Positions 1 to 13,400 of a stretch of 64,000 nt of DNA are shown one piece after another (the stretch's first letter is position 1; each line of letters begins with the position of its first letter). Source of the stretch: the human T2T-CHM13v2.0 reference genome, Homo sapiens; assembly GCF_009914755.1 (NCBI RefSeq), contig NC_060935.1. One strand, given 5' to 3'. The position numbers and the translations under genes are program-made. The notes beneath the pieces are model-generated. The model had not been told where the DNA came from, did no database searches, and worked only from the letters and a program-made list of their open reading frames with translations.

Positions 1-78
1 TTAAGTGAAATACTGCATGTAAAATAATTGGCATCATGCCTGGCACTCACTAAGTCCATAATAAATGCTAGTTATTAC
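1..78 (+). mobile_element. MIR SINE 3' fragment
   Basis: gcatgtaaaa..atgcctggcac..aataaatgctagttatta resembles the MIR 3' end. Confidence 0.55.
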
Positions 79-1087
79 CGCCTACAGAAAGAGGCCTAAT
101 TCCCCATTGTCACAAGTTTCTTCTCTGAAGTATCTCTGTGGGAAGATAAGCTGTACAGAGCAAGACACAAAAATTCCCAAGGTGTCCAAAGGCTTTTTTT
201 CTGTGTGTGTATATAATAAAAGAAACAGGACAGGTTTTTCTCTGAGTTTGAAGAAGAGGCCACTTTAGGATTAGAAGTTGCCTAAAAATGAAAAGGCTTC
301 TGTGGTTATTAATAAGCTTTTATTTTGCCCTGGAGGGGCTGTCCAGATGAGGATGGCTACTGGGGAATCTGGGATCACACAGAAATATCTGCATTTATCT
401 AATAAAATTTGTATTCAGTTATAAAAGCAATTTCAAACTGTTATTCATAAATAAGGAAGACTTACAGCTTGTGTTTATCTGAGAGAAGATTGTACCCAGC
501 TGTTCCATGTGTATATTAGGGAGAAATATAAAGTGAGAAGCCTGGGTTTGATGCGTATTTGTATGACAGAAACCAACCTAAGTCAGTGTGGACCCAGTGG
601 AGTGGAGTGGCCGAGAAGACATGGTGGCTTAGCTTGAAGAAGGTGGCTCTCTGGGGCCCTCTGGTCATGGAGCTTTAGTGAACTCAAAATGTGTTGTGGT
701 GAACAGAGTGGTAAGAATTGACTGGGGCTTCCGTTTTTAGGCTAAGAAAGTCACCAGAAAGGGAATTACACACCACAGAACACAACACTTTGGATGAGAC
801 ACAAGTACTGTCCTCTAAAAAACCCAAACCAATCCCTATATGATAGCTGCTTGCACAATTAATGCAGGAAATCCATGTGGAACCTCGCTTCTCATTCTTG
901 TTTGCACACTTCCAAAACTTATGCAAATACACATTCATTGGTTTTCCTAGTCAGCTGCTAACCTAAGGGCAGAATTCAGGCCCCTTAAATCCCAACCTGC
1001 TTCTCTTTTCTATCACAGACCACATCACATCCTTTTCAACCTAGAATGCATCTGCCTGGACTGATGGAAGGAACCAACATTGTGCGT

Positions 1088-1270
1088 GAATTAAAATGCC
1101 TGGCTTCCAATCCCAGCTCTGCTACTTCCAAGCAGGGCGATCCTCTGAGTTTGTGTACCCTCCTCTGTGAGCGGCGTGCATGAGAGCTTCCTCACAGGAT
1201 GGCTGTGAGCGCGGTGATGCATGGGAAAGTGCCCTTCCCAGAGCCTGGCACGATGGCAGCTCTCCATGAT
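1088..1270 (+). mobile_element. MIR SINE, diverged
   Basis: ctggcttccaatcccagctctgctactt core, then cctcacaggatggctgtgag and agagcctggcac. Confidence 0.55.
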
Positions 1271-2169
1271 GGGGGATAGTCAATTCCTTTTTTCCATCCT
1301 TAATGCCAGAATGATGAAGTAGGCAAAACCAAAGCAAACAAAACAACAAAAATAACCAAGAAGACAAACAACAGTAACATGACAACAAAAAAACTTTAAA
1401 ATAAACAAGCCAACCTAAGGCATGTAAGATTTACACTGTAAAAAGTTATCTATGAGGTTCCCCAAGGCTTAGAGAGTGATCTATTGAGAACTTTAGAATC
1501 TAAGGAGTATAACATCAGCCCCTAGCCTACTCTTTTTCCTTCCAAGTTTCTGTGTGTATTGCATGCATGTAAATTCTCTGTCTCTCATTAGAATTGCAAG
1601 GTCCCCGAGAACAGAGTTTTTATTTTGCTCATCCCTGATTCCTCTGCTACAGACCAGGGCCCAGTACAGAGTAAGTACTCACCAAATATTTGCTGCACGA
1701 GAGAACTGATGTCCACTCTCCACAGTCTGCAGAAACTCCGTGAAGCTGTCAGCCAAAGATCCAATGCCATTCCCACTAAGGAACTCTCTTAGTATCCTTC
1801 TCCTTCCCTCCCTGGACCCCAAAGCCTCAACTGTGGGGAAGCATGGGCATCAACTACATTAAAGCATTTCATTCTAGAAAGGCTGGAGACCCCTATAAAG
1901 GGACCGATTTCCGCAAGCCATACGATAAAATCAGCCTCATTGCTTTATAGTCACACCTCATATAGTTCTATAAATCCAATAACAAAAACCATTATATTGA
2001 GACCTACAAGCCATAAAATGTGTTTTTTAAATGTTCAGTACCATTATTACAGTCTTACCCCTCCCTGGTCTCACTATAGTATCTAACAGAATGACCATGA
2101 CAGGTGGAAAATGGATCCTTCCTCCCCAGAGAACCCAGAGTGTGGAGGAGAGAATGCCGCTGGAGGTAG

Positions 2170-2357
2170 GTTTGCCAGGCTCTAAATCTGGACCTGCCCC
2201 CTGAGAGCTGGGGGTCCCCAGCAATGGACCAAGCTTCTCTGAGCCCAGGATTCCTCCTTGGTTGCATGGGAAAAACAACATTTTTTTATTTAAAGAACGA
2301 GCAAAATGTATGTAAGGTGGCTTGCAGAGAGCTTGGCATATAGGTGGTACTCCATGA
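2170..2357 (+). mobile_element. MIR SINE, diverged
   Basis: cttctctgagccc..ttcctc core and atgtatgtaag..cttggcatataggtgg tail. Confidence 0.45.
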
Positions 2358-2499
2358 CTGGCTGCTCCTTACGGGGCTGTACCCACTTCCTGCTAAAATG
2401 AATCTGATTTTCTGGGTCTTAGAGAGGAGCTAGAACTTGTGTTTTGTATAACATGTCAGTTACTTGAAATCATATCTCTCTTGCCAAACTTTTTTTATA

Positions 2500-3780
2500 T
2501 TGTTCATTTATTTTGTTAACTAATTCACTACTTCATTCAAACATTCTTTCTTGGGTTTTTTGTTTGTTTTGTTTGTTTTTTTGTTTGTTTTGTTTTTTGT
2601 TTGTTTTGGTGGGAGGACCAATGTTCATTGACCATCTAGGCATTTTGCTTGGCCTGGAAATCCAAAGAACATGGTGTGTTACCTGCCCTCAAGGAGTTTA
2701 TAGTCTAGTAGAAGAAATAAATCAGATGTCATAGTATGGTATGAGAAGATTAAAAATATGTACAGCATGCTACAGGATCTCAAAATGAGGCCATTAAAAT
2801 TAGATCAGGGTTCTTGGAAAGCTGCTCAAAGGAAAAGACCCCTCAAAGGAAAAGTTCACTTTTAAGTGAAATTTTTAAAGACTCAAAGGAAAAGTTCACT
2901 TTTAAGGACTGGGTAGGACTGACTGCCATGTGGCTTCTGATTTTGGCAGATGAGTGAACAGCGTTGCCAGTCCCAGAGACATAGTAAGAATAGTTGATAC
3001 TGAGTAGAGGGCAGGGCGCTAAACATTGAACTTGAGGGGCTGGTGAAACATCCAAGTAAAACTACGCTGTTGGCATTTGGATATTTCGGTGTTGAGCCTG
3101 AGCAAGAGACAATGTTTACAGTCATAGATTTTGGAATCATCTTTGCATACATGGGAGCTGAAGCCCTGGGTACTAATGAAGTCACTGAGCAAGAGCAGGA
3201 GTGAGAAGAAATGTGGCATTAAGTGTGAATTCTGAGCAACGCAAACACATGGGGTAAGATGAAAAAGGGCTCATGAGGAAGCCTGAGGAATGGCCAAAAA
3301 AATAGAAGGAAACTCAGGATCGGTGCCCACACAGAAATCAGGGAGGAGACCTTTAAGAAGAAAAGAGTGGCTAGCGGCATCCACTACGAGAGACTTCAGG
3401 CTAGCAGAGGATGGACAACCATGCTTTTGATCTGCCACAGTGGAGGGCACTGATGAATTTTGCAGAAGGTGTTTTGCTGCTGAGGCAGCAGAAGTGAGGC
3501 AGTGGTGAGCTGAGGAATGAGTGGAACCCCAGGTGTGGAGAAAACAAATGCGGTCCAGGGTGTCGAGCTTAGCTGTGAAAACATGCTGGACGGAGATGGG
3601 GATCTGGGGGAGGTTGGCACGGTTTTGTCTTATTTCATCTTCAGCATGAGAGTCCTGAATATTTTTTTAATGTGTCTGAAGGTGAAGAGCTCCTTCAAGG
3701 TGTTGTACAGCTGCCTGTGTTCATCACAGCATTTCGTACACTGTTGATGATTGATAAACATATACAGGATGAATTGTTTC
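2500..3780 (-). mobile_element. L2 LINE 3' region, degraded
   Basis: tcattcaaaca tail, cctgccctcaaggagtttatagtctagt, and purine-rich gttggcatttggatat..ttttggaatcatc motifs typical of antisense L2. Confidence 0.55.
2555..2608. repeat. (GTTT)n-type simple repeat
   Basis: Directly visible T-rich tract with periodic G. Confidence 0.85.
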
Positions 3781-4042
3781 AGGTCAAAACACTTCCCTCT
3801 CTGGACCCATTCAGATGCAGACCAACCAACCAATATTTAAAAAATAGTGACAGTTGTCATTGTCATCATCATCATCATCCTACCAGCAGCCCAGACACTA
3901 GAACATACACCTGACAGATGCTATCTAATGTAATCCTGTTAACACCTCTATAAGGAAGGTATTATTTGATAAAGCAATTATATAGAGAAGAAAGATTACT
4001 CCTAGTCATTTCTAGAAGTGCAAGGTAGAAAATGCTGAATCT

Positions 4043-4336
4043 GGCTAGGCGCGGTGGCTCATGCCTGTAATCCCAGCACTTTGGGAGGTTGAGGCAGGCG
4101 GATCATGAGGTCAGGAGTTCGAGACCAGCCTGACCAACATGGTGAAACCCCACCTCAACTAAAAATACAAAAATTAGCAGGGCATGGTGGTGTGTGCCTG
4201 TAATCCCAGCTGCTCAGGAGGCCAAGGCAGGAGAATCGCTTGAACCCGGGGAGGCAGAGGTTGCAGTGAGCCGAGATCGCACCATTGCACTCCAGCCTGG
4301 ATGACAGAGCAAGACACCATCTCAAAAACAAAACAA
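4043..4336 (+). mobile_element. Alu, AluS (Sg-like), full length
   Basis: ggctaggcgcggtggctc start, dimeric body, A-rich tail; TSD agaaaatgctgaa(t/c)ct at 4027-4042 and 4337-4352. Confidence 0.95.
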
Positions 4337-5273
4337 AGAAAATGCTGAACCTTTTCCTATTTCCCTCAACATTCATTGCTGTATTACCAGCACCCAGAAT
4401 AATTCCTGGCATATAGTAGGTTTCCAATCAATATTTATTCAATTAATAATAAAAATAATTATGTATCTCTAACCCATACCCTCCAGTCTCACAGATATCA
4501 TAGCTATTCAAGATTCATGTGCCAAATATTAAATAATCAAAGATATTTGTCCACATTTGGACACTGGATTTTATCAGTGGCAAATTAGCTAAAGGTGGAG
4601 AACAAGAATTAGAGTGATTCAGTTTGTTTTGTGCCCATACACTACTGATGTTGGAACACACTATTTACATGGCAAGAAGTTAATCACGGTGGAAAAGCAG
4701 GTAGCCGTACCACGTGGCTAACAAGCAATGAAGATCAGCTTCAGGTATTAGGATTCTAATCAATAAAACAGAGCCAGATTCATCAGAAACATTGCTTGTG
4801 ATTTACATAATTATTGTGATATATTGTAACTCAGCTTAGAGAGCAAGCTTCTCATAACGTATGTTTACATGATAGTGCCCCGCCTTTATTCACAGACACA
4901 CTCTCAGGGTCTCTCATATGCTCTTGTGTTCTGGGCATGCTTGACACAGCATTTTTATTGTAGGCTTTGACCAAAACCTCAAACATTTTGGTAGAAACCC
5001 ACAATAAATTGGGTTTTGACCAAATTGGATTGGACAGTTTCTAAAATTCTGCTGGGCTGTATGCATCCTCACCACCACCACACTTATGTTAGACAACAGT
5101 ATCTTGGATCTGTCTCTGACTAGCCTCTTTTCGTCCACTAATGCCCCATACCCACTCCTTAACCCAGCACTGACATTGTATTCTGTATTCGACCCTAAAA
5201 GCTTTCTTCTCCTCCCAGCAACTCTAGTTTCCTGTCTTGGCTGGATGGAATCAGTTTTACAAAGATAGAGTCA

Positions 5274-5599
<326 letters not shown>

Positions 5600-5984
5600 G
5601 TCCCTCTGGGTCATGAGGCTCAAAATTTCCCATGATGGCAGGAAATGCAGTTCAGAAGACTGGGAAGGAAGGAGACGGAGAATCCATTGCTCATCCTCCT
5701 TCCTTCCTCCTCCAGGCATTAGAAAGTCTCCAGAAAATGGGTGTGAAGAAAATGGCAAAGAGGAAGCAAAAGAAAAGGAAAGAAAGGGGCAGGGGCATAA
5801 CACGGGAGAGAAGCAGGATGGGGTCTGACTGTCTCACATAATCAGAGTTCTCCAGGGAAACACAACCAAGGGGAGATTTTACAGAGATGGATCCCAAGAC
5901 AGAGGTAGAGATAAATAAATGTATATACTTAAATATATATTTATTTATAAATAAACAAACACACATACATATATATTGTGTGTA

Positions 5985-7992
5985 CAGGCACACCTTGTTT
6001 TATTGTGCTTTGCTTCATTGTGTTTTGCAGATACTGGGTATTTTACAAATTGAAGGTTTGTGGCAACCCTGCATCAAGCAAGTCTATCGGCACCATTTTT
6101 TCCAGCAACATGCACTCACTCTGTCTCTGTGCCACATTTTGGTAACTATTGCAATATTTCAAACTTTCTCATTATATCTAGTAGTGATCAGTAATCTTTG
6201 ATGTTACTATTTTAATTGTTTTGGGGCAGCACGAGCTATGCTCATGTAAGACAGGAAACTTAATCGATAAATGTGTGTGTTCTGACTGCTCTACCAACCA
6301 ACCATTCTCCAGTCTCTCTCCTTCTCCTCAGGCCTCCCTGTTCCCTGAGACACAAAAATATTTAAATTAGGCCAATTAATAACCCTACAAAGGCCTCTAA
6401 GTGTTCAAATGAAAGGAAGAGTTGCACATTCCTCGCTTCAAATAAAACTCTGGAAATGATTAAGCTTAATGAAGAAGACAGGTTGAAAGCCAAGATAGGC
6501 TGAAAACTAAATCTCTTGCACCAAAGAGTTAGTCAAGTTAGGAATGCAAAGGAAAATTCCTGAAGGAAATTAAAAGTGCCACTCCAGTGAACACACAAAT
6601 GATAAGAAAGCAAAACAGTCTTGTTGCTGACACAGAGAAGGTTTTGGTGGTCTTGATAGAAAGTCAAACCAGCCACAACATTCTATTAAGCCAAAGCCTA
6701 ATCCAGAGCGAGGTTGTAACTCTCTTCAATTCTATGAAGGCTGAGACAGGTAAGGAAGCTGCAGAAGAAATGTTTGAAGCTAGCAGAGGTTAGTTGATGA
6801 GGTTTAAGGAAAGAAACCATTTTTATAACGTAGAAGTACAAGATGAAGCAGCAGGTGCTTATGTAGAAGCTGCAGCAAGTAATCCAGAAGATTTAGCTAA
6901 GATCATTGATGAAGGTGGCTACACTCAACAGCAGATCTTCAGTGTAGCTGAAGCAACCCTGTGTTGGAAGAAGGTGCCATCTGGGACTTTCATAGCTACA
7001 GAGGGGAAGTCAATGTCTGGCTTCAAAGCTTAAGGACAGGCTGACTCTCCGGTTAGGAGCTAATACAGCTGTTGACTTTAAGTGAAAACCAATACTCATT
7101 TATCATTCTGAAAATCCTAGGGCCCTTAAGAATCATGCCAAATCTACTCTTCCTGTGCTCCATAAATGGAACAACAGAGCCTGGATGACAGCATAACTGT
7201 TTACAGCAGGGTTTACTGAATATTTTAAGCTCACTATTAAGACCTACTTCTCAGGAAAAAAAGATAACCTTTCCAAATATCACTGCCCATTGACAATTCA
7301 CCTAGTTACCCAAAAGCTCCAATGAAGATATACAGAGAGATGAATGTTGTTTTCATGCCTGCTAACACAACCTCCGTTCCGCAGCCCATGAATCAAAAAC
7401 AAATTTCAACTTTCAAATTTTATTATTCAAGAGATACATTTGTAAGGCTATGGCTGCCATAAATAGTGATTCTTCTGATGGATCTGGCCAAAGTAAACCA
7501 AAAACCTTCTGGAAAAGATTCACCATGCTAAATGCCATTAAGAACACTTGTGATTCATGGAAGGAGGTCAAAGTATCCACATTAACAGGAGCTTAGAAGA
7601 CGTTGATTCCAAGCCTCATGGATGACTTTGAGGGGTTCAAGTTTTCAGTGGAGGAAGTAACTGCAGATGTGGTGGAAATAGCAAGAGAACTAGAACTACA
7701 AGTGGAGACTAAAGATGTGACAGTCTCACAATAAACTTGAATGGATGAGGAGCTGCTTCTCTTGGATGAGCAAAGGAAGTGGTTTCTTGAGATGGAAACT
7801 AACCTCGGTGAAGATGCTGTGAACATTGTTGAAATGACAACAAGGGAGTCAGAATATCCCATGAACTTAGCTGATAAAGCAGCGGCGGGATTTGAGAGGA
7901 CTGTCTCCAATTATGAAAGAAGTTCTACTGTGGGTAAAATGCTATCAAACAGCATCGCTTGCTACAGAGCAATCTTTCGGGAAGGGAAGAGT
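5985..7992 (+). mobile_element. Tigger1 DNA transposon (TcMar-Tigger), 3'-truncated
   Basis: TA then caggcacaccttgttttattg left end; ORF fragments at 6587, 6794 and 7741 match Tigger1 text ([54 protein letters not shown]); similarity stops at ggaagagt ~7992 with no right TIR. Confidence 0.93.
6390..7740 (+). pseudogene. Disrupted Tigger1 pogo-like transposase remnant
   Basis: Start codon appears mutated (aag-gcctctaagtgttca instead of atg-gcctct); stops and frameshifts split the frame into fragments under 110 aa. Confidence 0.8.
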
Positions 7993-8559
7993 GGGGCACA
8001 GTGCAAGGGATTAGATGGCACAGAGAGTGGAAAAGAAAGTGGAATGCAGAGAGGCCAAAAATAGCTCTGTAAGCATCCTAGTGGTTCACAGCGTTTCCAT
8101 TTACCTACATTGACTTCGGGAAAATATCAGGATCTACACACAATACAATACTACTATACACAGGCTCAGATTTAGAAGTGGCACCTTAAATCTGGAAGGC
8201 AGAAAGGAAATTGGAAAGAGAGAATACTTCAGGACACACCCTGCTAACATAGCAGCCTGAGGAGGAAAACAACCCAAATCTGTCTCATCTCACACATAGT
8301 AATCTCAATTGTTCTTTCAAAATGAAACTGGGTGATTGCCTGTATTATGTTCCAAAATGGAACACCGTCCAAAACACTCACTGTTACGGGGCAAAACTCC
8401 AACCTTCCATTAAGAAACGGAATCTGGGAAACATGTTTGGCTCTAAAATTGAGCTTAAACAGGCTGCTTGAACCTCTTGACCTTGACCACAAAGATTGAA
8501 CTAGGAGGTTTAAAACACCAGAGACAGAATTTAAAATTTACTACTCCTACTACTGCCAC

Positions 8560-8730
8560 CGTTAATAACAATAGTAAACAATGTACTGCGTGCACGCAGC
8601 ATATCCAGTTCTAAGGTAAGTGACTTACGTGCATAATCTCATTTAGCCGGCCCAATAACCGTAACTTTACGTGTAGAAAACTGAGGCCCAAGATAAGATT
8701 AGAATATCAAGAGTCAAGATGTCCCTCGAA
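8560..8730 (-). mobile_element. MIR SINE
   Basis: ataatctcattta..tagaaaactgaggccca antisense MIR core. Confidence 0.6.
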
Positions 8731-10309
8731 AGCCCCAGTCCTTCCCTTCTTACCACGGTCACATGGGAAGTTTGCTGTGCTTAGTACAGAGAGAATCCCG
8801 TTCTGAACAAACTGGGAATCCCACGTGTGTAAAAAGCACAACTGTTGTGGTGGAAGCAGGAGGTTGGGGCGAGGCCAGGAGCGGGGACTGCGGATGGTGG
8901 AGGTCAACAGGGGAACAGAAACCGGAGGCAAGGCAGGATCCCTGCAAAAGCACAGGCTGCTTCAGTGGAGAGTAAAGCAGGGCTGCGAAATAAAGCTGCC
9001 TCTTCTGCTCTATTTTCCACCGTCTCCCTCCCCCTCTCCATCTGTCTGTCTTCCCTTTTCTCTCTCCCTCTGTCTCTTCTCCCTTTGCAAATCTTCAGCT
9101 GCTAATTTCCATCCGACACGTTTATGAATTAATTCCAACACTTTTCTCTCTCTGTCAAGATATCCTGCTTTCGAATCTCCCCCACCCTTTGGCAATGTGC
9201 GCATTTCATTCCACACACTGTTTTACCGACAATTCCCAGACGTGGTGATTTGGTCTGACATCTTTGTGTATGCAATCAACCCATGTTACTGGGGCCCCGA
9301 AGAGAATACTGGAGACTGGGTCTGCAGCTGGACAACCTTGTAACTGGGGTGAGGCTGCAGTGATGCTGAGGACACAGCGGGGCTGAGGGGAGAAGCAGCA
9401 GGTGCGGCGATGAACAACACCCTGCCCCTTCCTGCTGAATCTAGCAGCCTCCATCTAGAGCAAAGCTGCCGGATTCCGAAAAAGGGCATGAGTGACTTTC
9501 TTCTTCAAGTAGCAAGGGTCTGTCAGAAATAACCCTCGGCATCCTCATCGTAATTAACGGAAAACTAATAAATAGTGCTGGGCAGGGAGTCCCAAAAATA
9601 GTTTTCCTGGAGATATAGACACTGACACAGACATGTGAGCAGCACCCTGAGCTGAGCTGCATCCCAGTGTCTTTTCAGCTTTGAAACACGATGTTTCTAA
9701 GCACATTGATGCCGTAAAAGAATGGATTCTAAGATTTCTACGTCTTAAATTTTAAAAAAAAGTACATTTTAAGGATAAGCAGCACAAAGATATATGTAGC
9801 TCTAAAGAGCCCAAGATATAAACAAATAGTGTATAGAGTGTCTGACATGGCCGTTCTGGTTCCATATTTGATAGATAGCTTCAATGATGGGGAGGATGAT
9901 GGACACATTTAAGGTGGAAGAGTCAAGCGATGCTATTCGTAGATGTAGCAAGGAGAAGAAAAGTCAGTGCCGAGCACACTGATGTGAGATGTAATTCTAT
10001 TACCTAAATATGTGTGAAGAATGGTAAATATAAATAGGCCCACAGGGCCGGGCTAAGCAACTGAAAAAATCATGGTTTCAGACTTTGCAGAAGTTAGGTC
10101 AGCTCTGTGGCCTTTGGTTTCCTCATCTGTACGATGAGCCCCTTTGACTGATGATTTGCAAAGCCTCTTTCAGATGTTAATAGCCTACAGATCCCTGGCC
10201 ATTGCTGGACCACTGGCCTTTCTAGGAAAATATTGACATTTCCATCTCTCTCTGCATTAGCTCCTGTTGCTTCTGCCATATGAAAGGTCTTCCTCTGCCA
10301 GCCAAATTA

Positions 10310-10575
10310 CAAGTCTTGCCTCTAAGGTCAGGCTCAGAAATTACCTTCCCTGGGCAGTCTTCCAGTTTCCTCTGCAAAAGCACTCCCTCTGTCTTCTGGA
10401 TGCCCTCAGAATTCTATCCTCCGTACTGTAATCTTGTTACAATACATTTGACCTAGTTGAGTCCAGGACACTTTCTCTTTGCTACTGCACTGAGGTCTTT
10501 CTTTATTCTCAGTACCAAGCACAATGCTTGGCAAAGAGGCCGTGCTCAGTGCATGTTTGCTAAATGAATGAGTGT
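10310..10575 (+). mobile_element. L2 3' end
   Basis: agcacaatgcttggca..tgctcagtgcatgtttgctaaatgaatgag terminal motif. Confidence 0.6.
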
Positions 10576-11751
10576 GACACTTTTCCGTAGGAGGTCCATT
10601 TTCATCCTGGCGTTTGTTTTAACTGGATGCTTGTAACACTGTACAACAGAGGGCCAAGGAGGCTTCTTGATGAATCATCTCAGGAAGAAAACTGAGCAAG
10701 GGGAAAGCACAGCACAGAAACCAGCCCAATTATCTCAGCCAATCCCGGCCCGGGCTCTCTCTGCCTGCTCACCCTCCCCCATCATGATGAAGACAGCATC
10801 TGCAGACCAAGAGTGTGCCTGGGAACTCACATTCGTTTGCAATTAGCAAGCTCCCACATGGTAAACAGACTAATTTTGCCTGTGCATCATCAGTTTGCCT
10901 AGTCAGTGATTTCTACTCAGAGCTTGAGGAAAAGATTTTTAAGTCTAGACTGTCGCGTGAGAGAACAGAAATTGTGGACCAAAGGAAAACCCTGCTATTA
11001 TTCTCATATTTGTCACAGAGGGGGCACCCAGTTAAAGACATGTCATTTATTTCTTCAAACACACTCCCCGAATGGACAAGTCTGTGTTTAAAACCATGTT
11101 TCCCACCGACCCCAGCCTTGGCTCTACTCTGTACCATCCCCACCTTGGAGCCCTCCTCTGGGAAAGAAGGCTGTGACAAAGGTTGTGGGAGGCACTATTT
11201 TGATCCATTCACGGGCAGGCACTTCACCGCATTTGGGTTTTCAGTCTTTGCTGTTTTTCGTACAATATTTACTTTACACCAGGAGCTCTCCAACTTAGCT
11301 TTTTGCTTCAGCATCTCCAACCTCAGAAGCACTTCATCCCCACCAGCCTGCCTTCCCCCAGTAGATAAGAAGACAAAACAGAGACTGTTTTCTCTGCCAG
11401 ACAGAGCAGGAGGCCTGCTTGACACGCATAGAGGAATCTCTGAATGGGGACCTGCAGCCGTGAAGCCTGACGTGACCACCCCTGGGCTCCAACACGGGAA
11501 ACTGGCATGTCATTATCCACCCCACCACTAGAACCCCAGATGCTTGCAGGGTGGGCTTCAGGTTACTTGAAAATCACCGTGTCATAGACTTTAGGACCTG
11601 GAAAGGGCCTCCGATATCATTTTTGTAATGTGTGTTAACGCTAACATCTCCCATGTGCAATTCCCAACTCATGGCCCTCAGGTTCTGCTTGAAGATTTCC
11701 TTGAACACAACAATCACTACACCACAAATTGTCTTCAAATACTGACAGGTG

Positions 11752-12155
<404 letters not shown>

Positions 12156-12784
12156 TCAGCAAATATTAGCTCTTCTTCCTATCCGTATTACGATATTATT
12201 ATTATTAATTGTTGCTGGTCTTACTTTTTTTTATTATTATTCTACATTCGAACATTGTCTCTGTCCTCATTCTACCTATATCCTAGCTGCACGTTAGGGT
12301 CGGGCACCTAAGATTTCAGGGCCACCAGCTGCATCTTGAACCCTTCTGTAGTTACACACTTGGAATTGAATTTACTCACTTCCTCATTCGATATCAGTTC
12401 AGGTGAGTGAATGTATACGGCAGGTCAGGCTTGTGCCCACTCTGCAAGCAGCCATTGTGTGCAGGAGGGAAGCCTCTGGAGGCTGGCAGAGAAATCCTTC
12501 TGTGCTGAACCCAGAGGGCAAGACACACCTAATGGTGCTGTTGAGAGGAAAGTCACAGTCCAGGAAACACCTGAAGGTGCAGAGGGAATGACAAAGGAAA
12601 TGAGAGAAGAAGGATATATAAGTAAAAGAGAAGAATCGTTTCAGTGCAGTGTCTGAATCGTGTTGACTACAAAAACACATGGGAATATTATTTGAAGCAG
12701 AAGAGAGAATCTCCAGTTACAAGCCTGGTGTGCAGTCTTCATGATACTGCTTTTCACAGCAGATGTTGTTATGTAACAGATGTT

Positions 12785-13000
12785 AGCATGACATTATGTT
12801 AAGAGTTTGGACTTTGCGATCAATCCTTCAGATGTGGGTTCAAATCCTGATTCCACCCCTGAGTAACTATAAGAACTGAAGACATATGCCATAACCTGTG
12901 TGAGCCTTAGTTTTCTCACCTGAAAAATGAGGATGATAACAGCCCTACTTGGCTAGGAAGTGATTGCATGAGAGAGTACATAAAATGTCTAGAAACGTTT
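12785..13000 (+). mobile_element. MIR SINE, near full length
   Basis: gggttcaaatcctgattccacc..gagccttagttttctcacctgaaaaatgaggatgataac. Confidence 0.75.
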
Positions 13001-13214
13001 GTTAAGAAAGCCATTTGTTCCTTCTCAACCTACAAACCTGCTCACCAGTCCTCCCTGTTACATCCTACCGCTTCCTCCTGCCCAGTCGCTACCATGCAAG
13101 GCTCTGCCAAACGTCCACTCCTCCGTGACCTTACAGTTGGCACCAGGGTCCTCTGATCCCCTCAGCAGGCACATGTGGATGACACATTTTGACATGGAAT
13201 AGTGGGTAATACTA

Positions 13215-13400
13215 CTACCTGCTATGTAGATTCTATCGTTCCTTTATGAAGGCCAGAGAGGAAGCTGTTATACGCCAATTTTGAAAATGGGAAAACTGAG
13301 GCTCAGAAAGTTTATGTGAGTTGCCCAGAGCCATCAAGCAGAGACTGGTGGATTCAGACCTAGGTCATTTACTTCAAATCTCTGCATTCCTTATATTGCA
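13215..13400 (-). mobile_element. MIR SINE
   Basis: ggaaaactgaggctcagaaagtttatgtgagttgcccag..ggattcagacctagg. Confidence 0.7.

Noticed and set aside
4155-4427. Alu-derived ORFs (also 11812, 24217, 44671-45277, 48441-48877, 60961-61349)
   Set aside because: Typical Alu translations with no evidence of exonisation.
6587-8064. Functional or domesticated Tigger transposase
   Set aside because: Start codon lost, frame fragmented, right TIR missing.
8760-8828. Pre-miRNA-like hairpin (cacatggga..tcccacgtg)
   Set aside because: Stem is short and broken by large bulges; no known miRNA recognised.
11272-11314. Minus-strand coding first exon MLKQKAKLESSWCK followed by gtaaat
   Set aside because: Weak donor and an unrecognised peptide.
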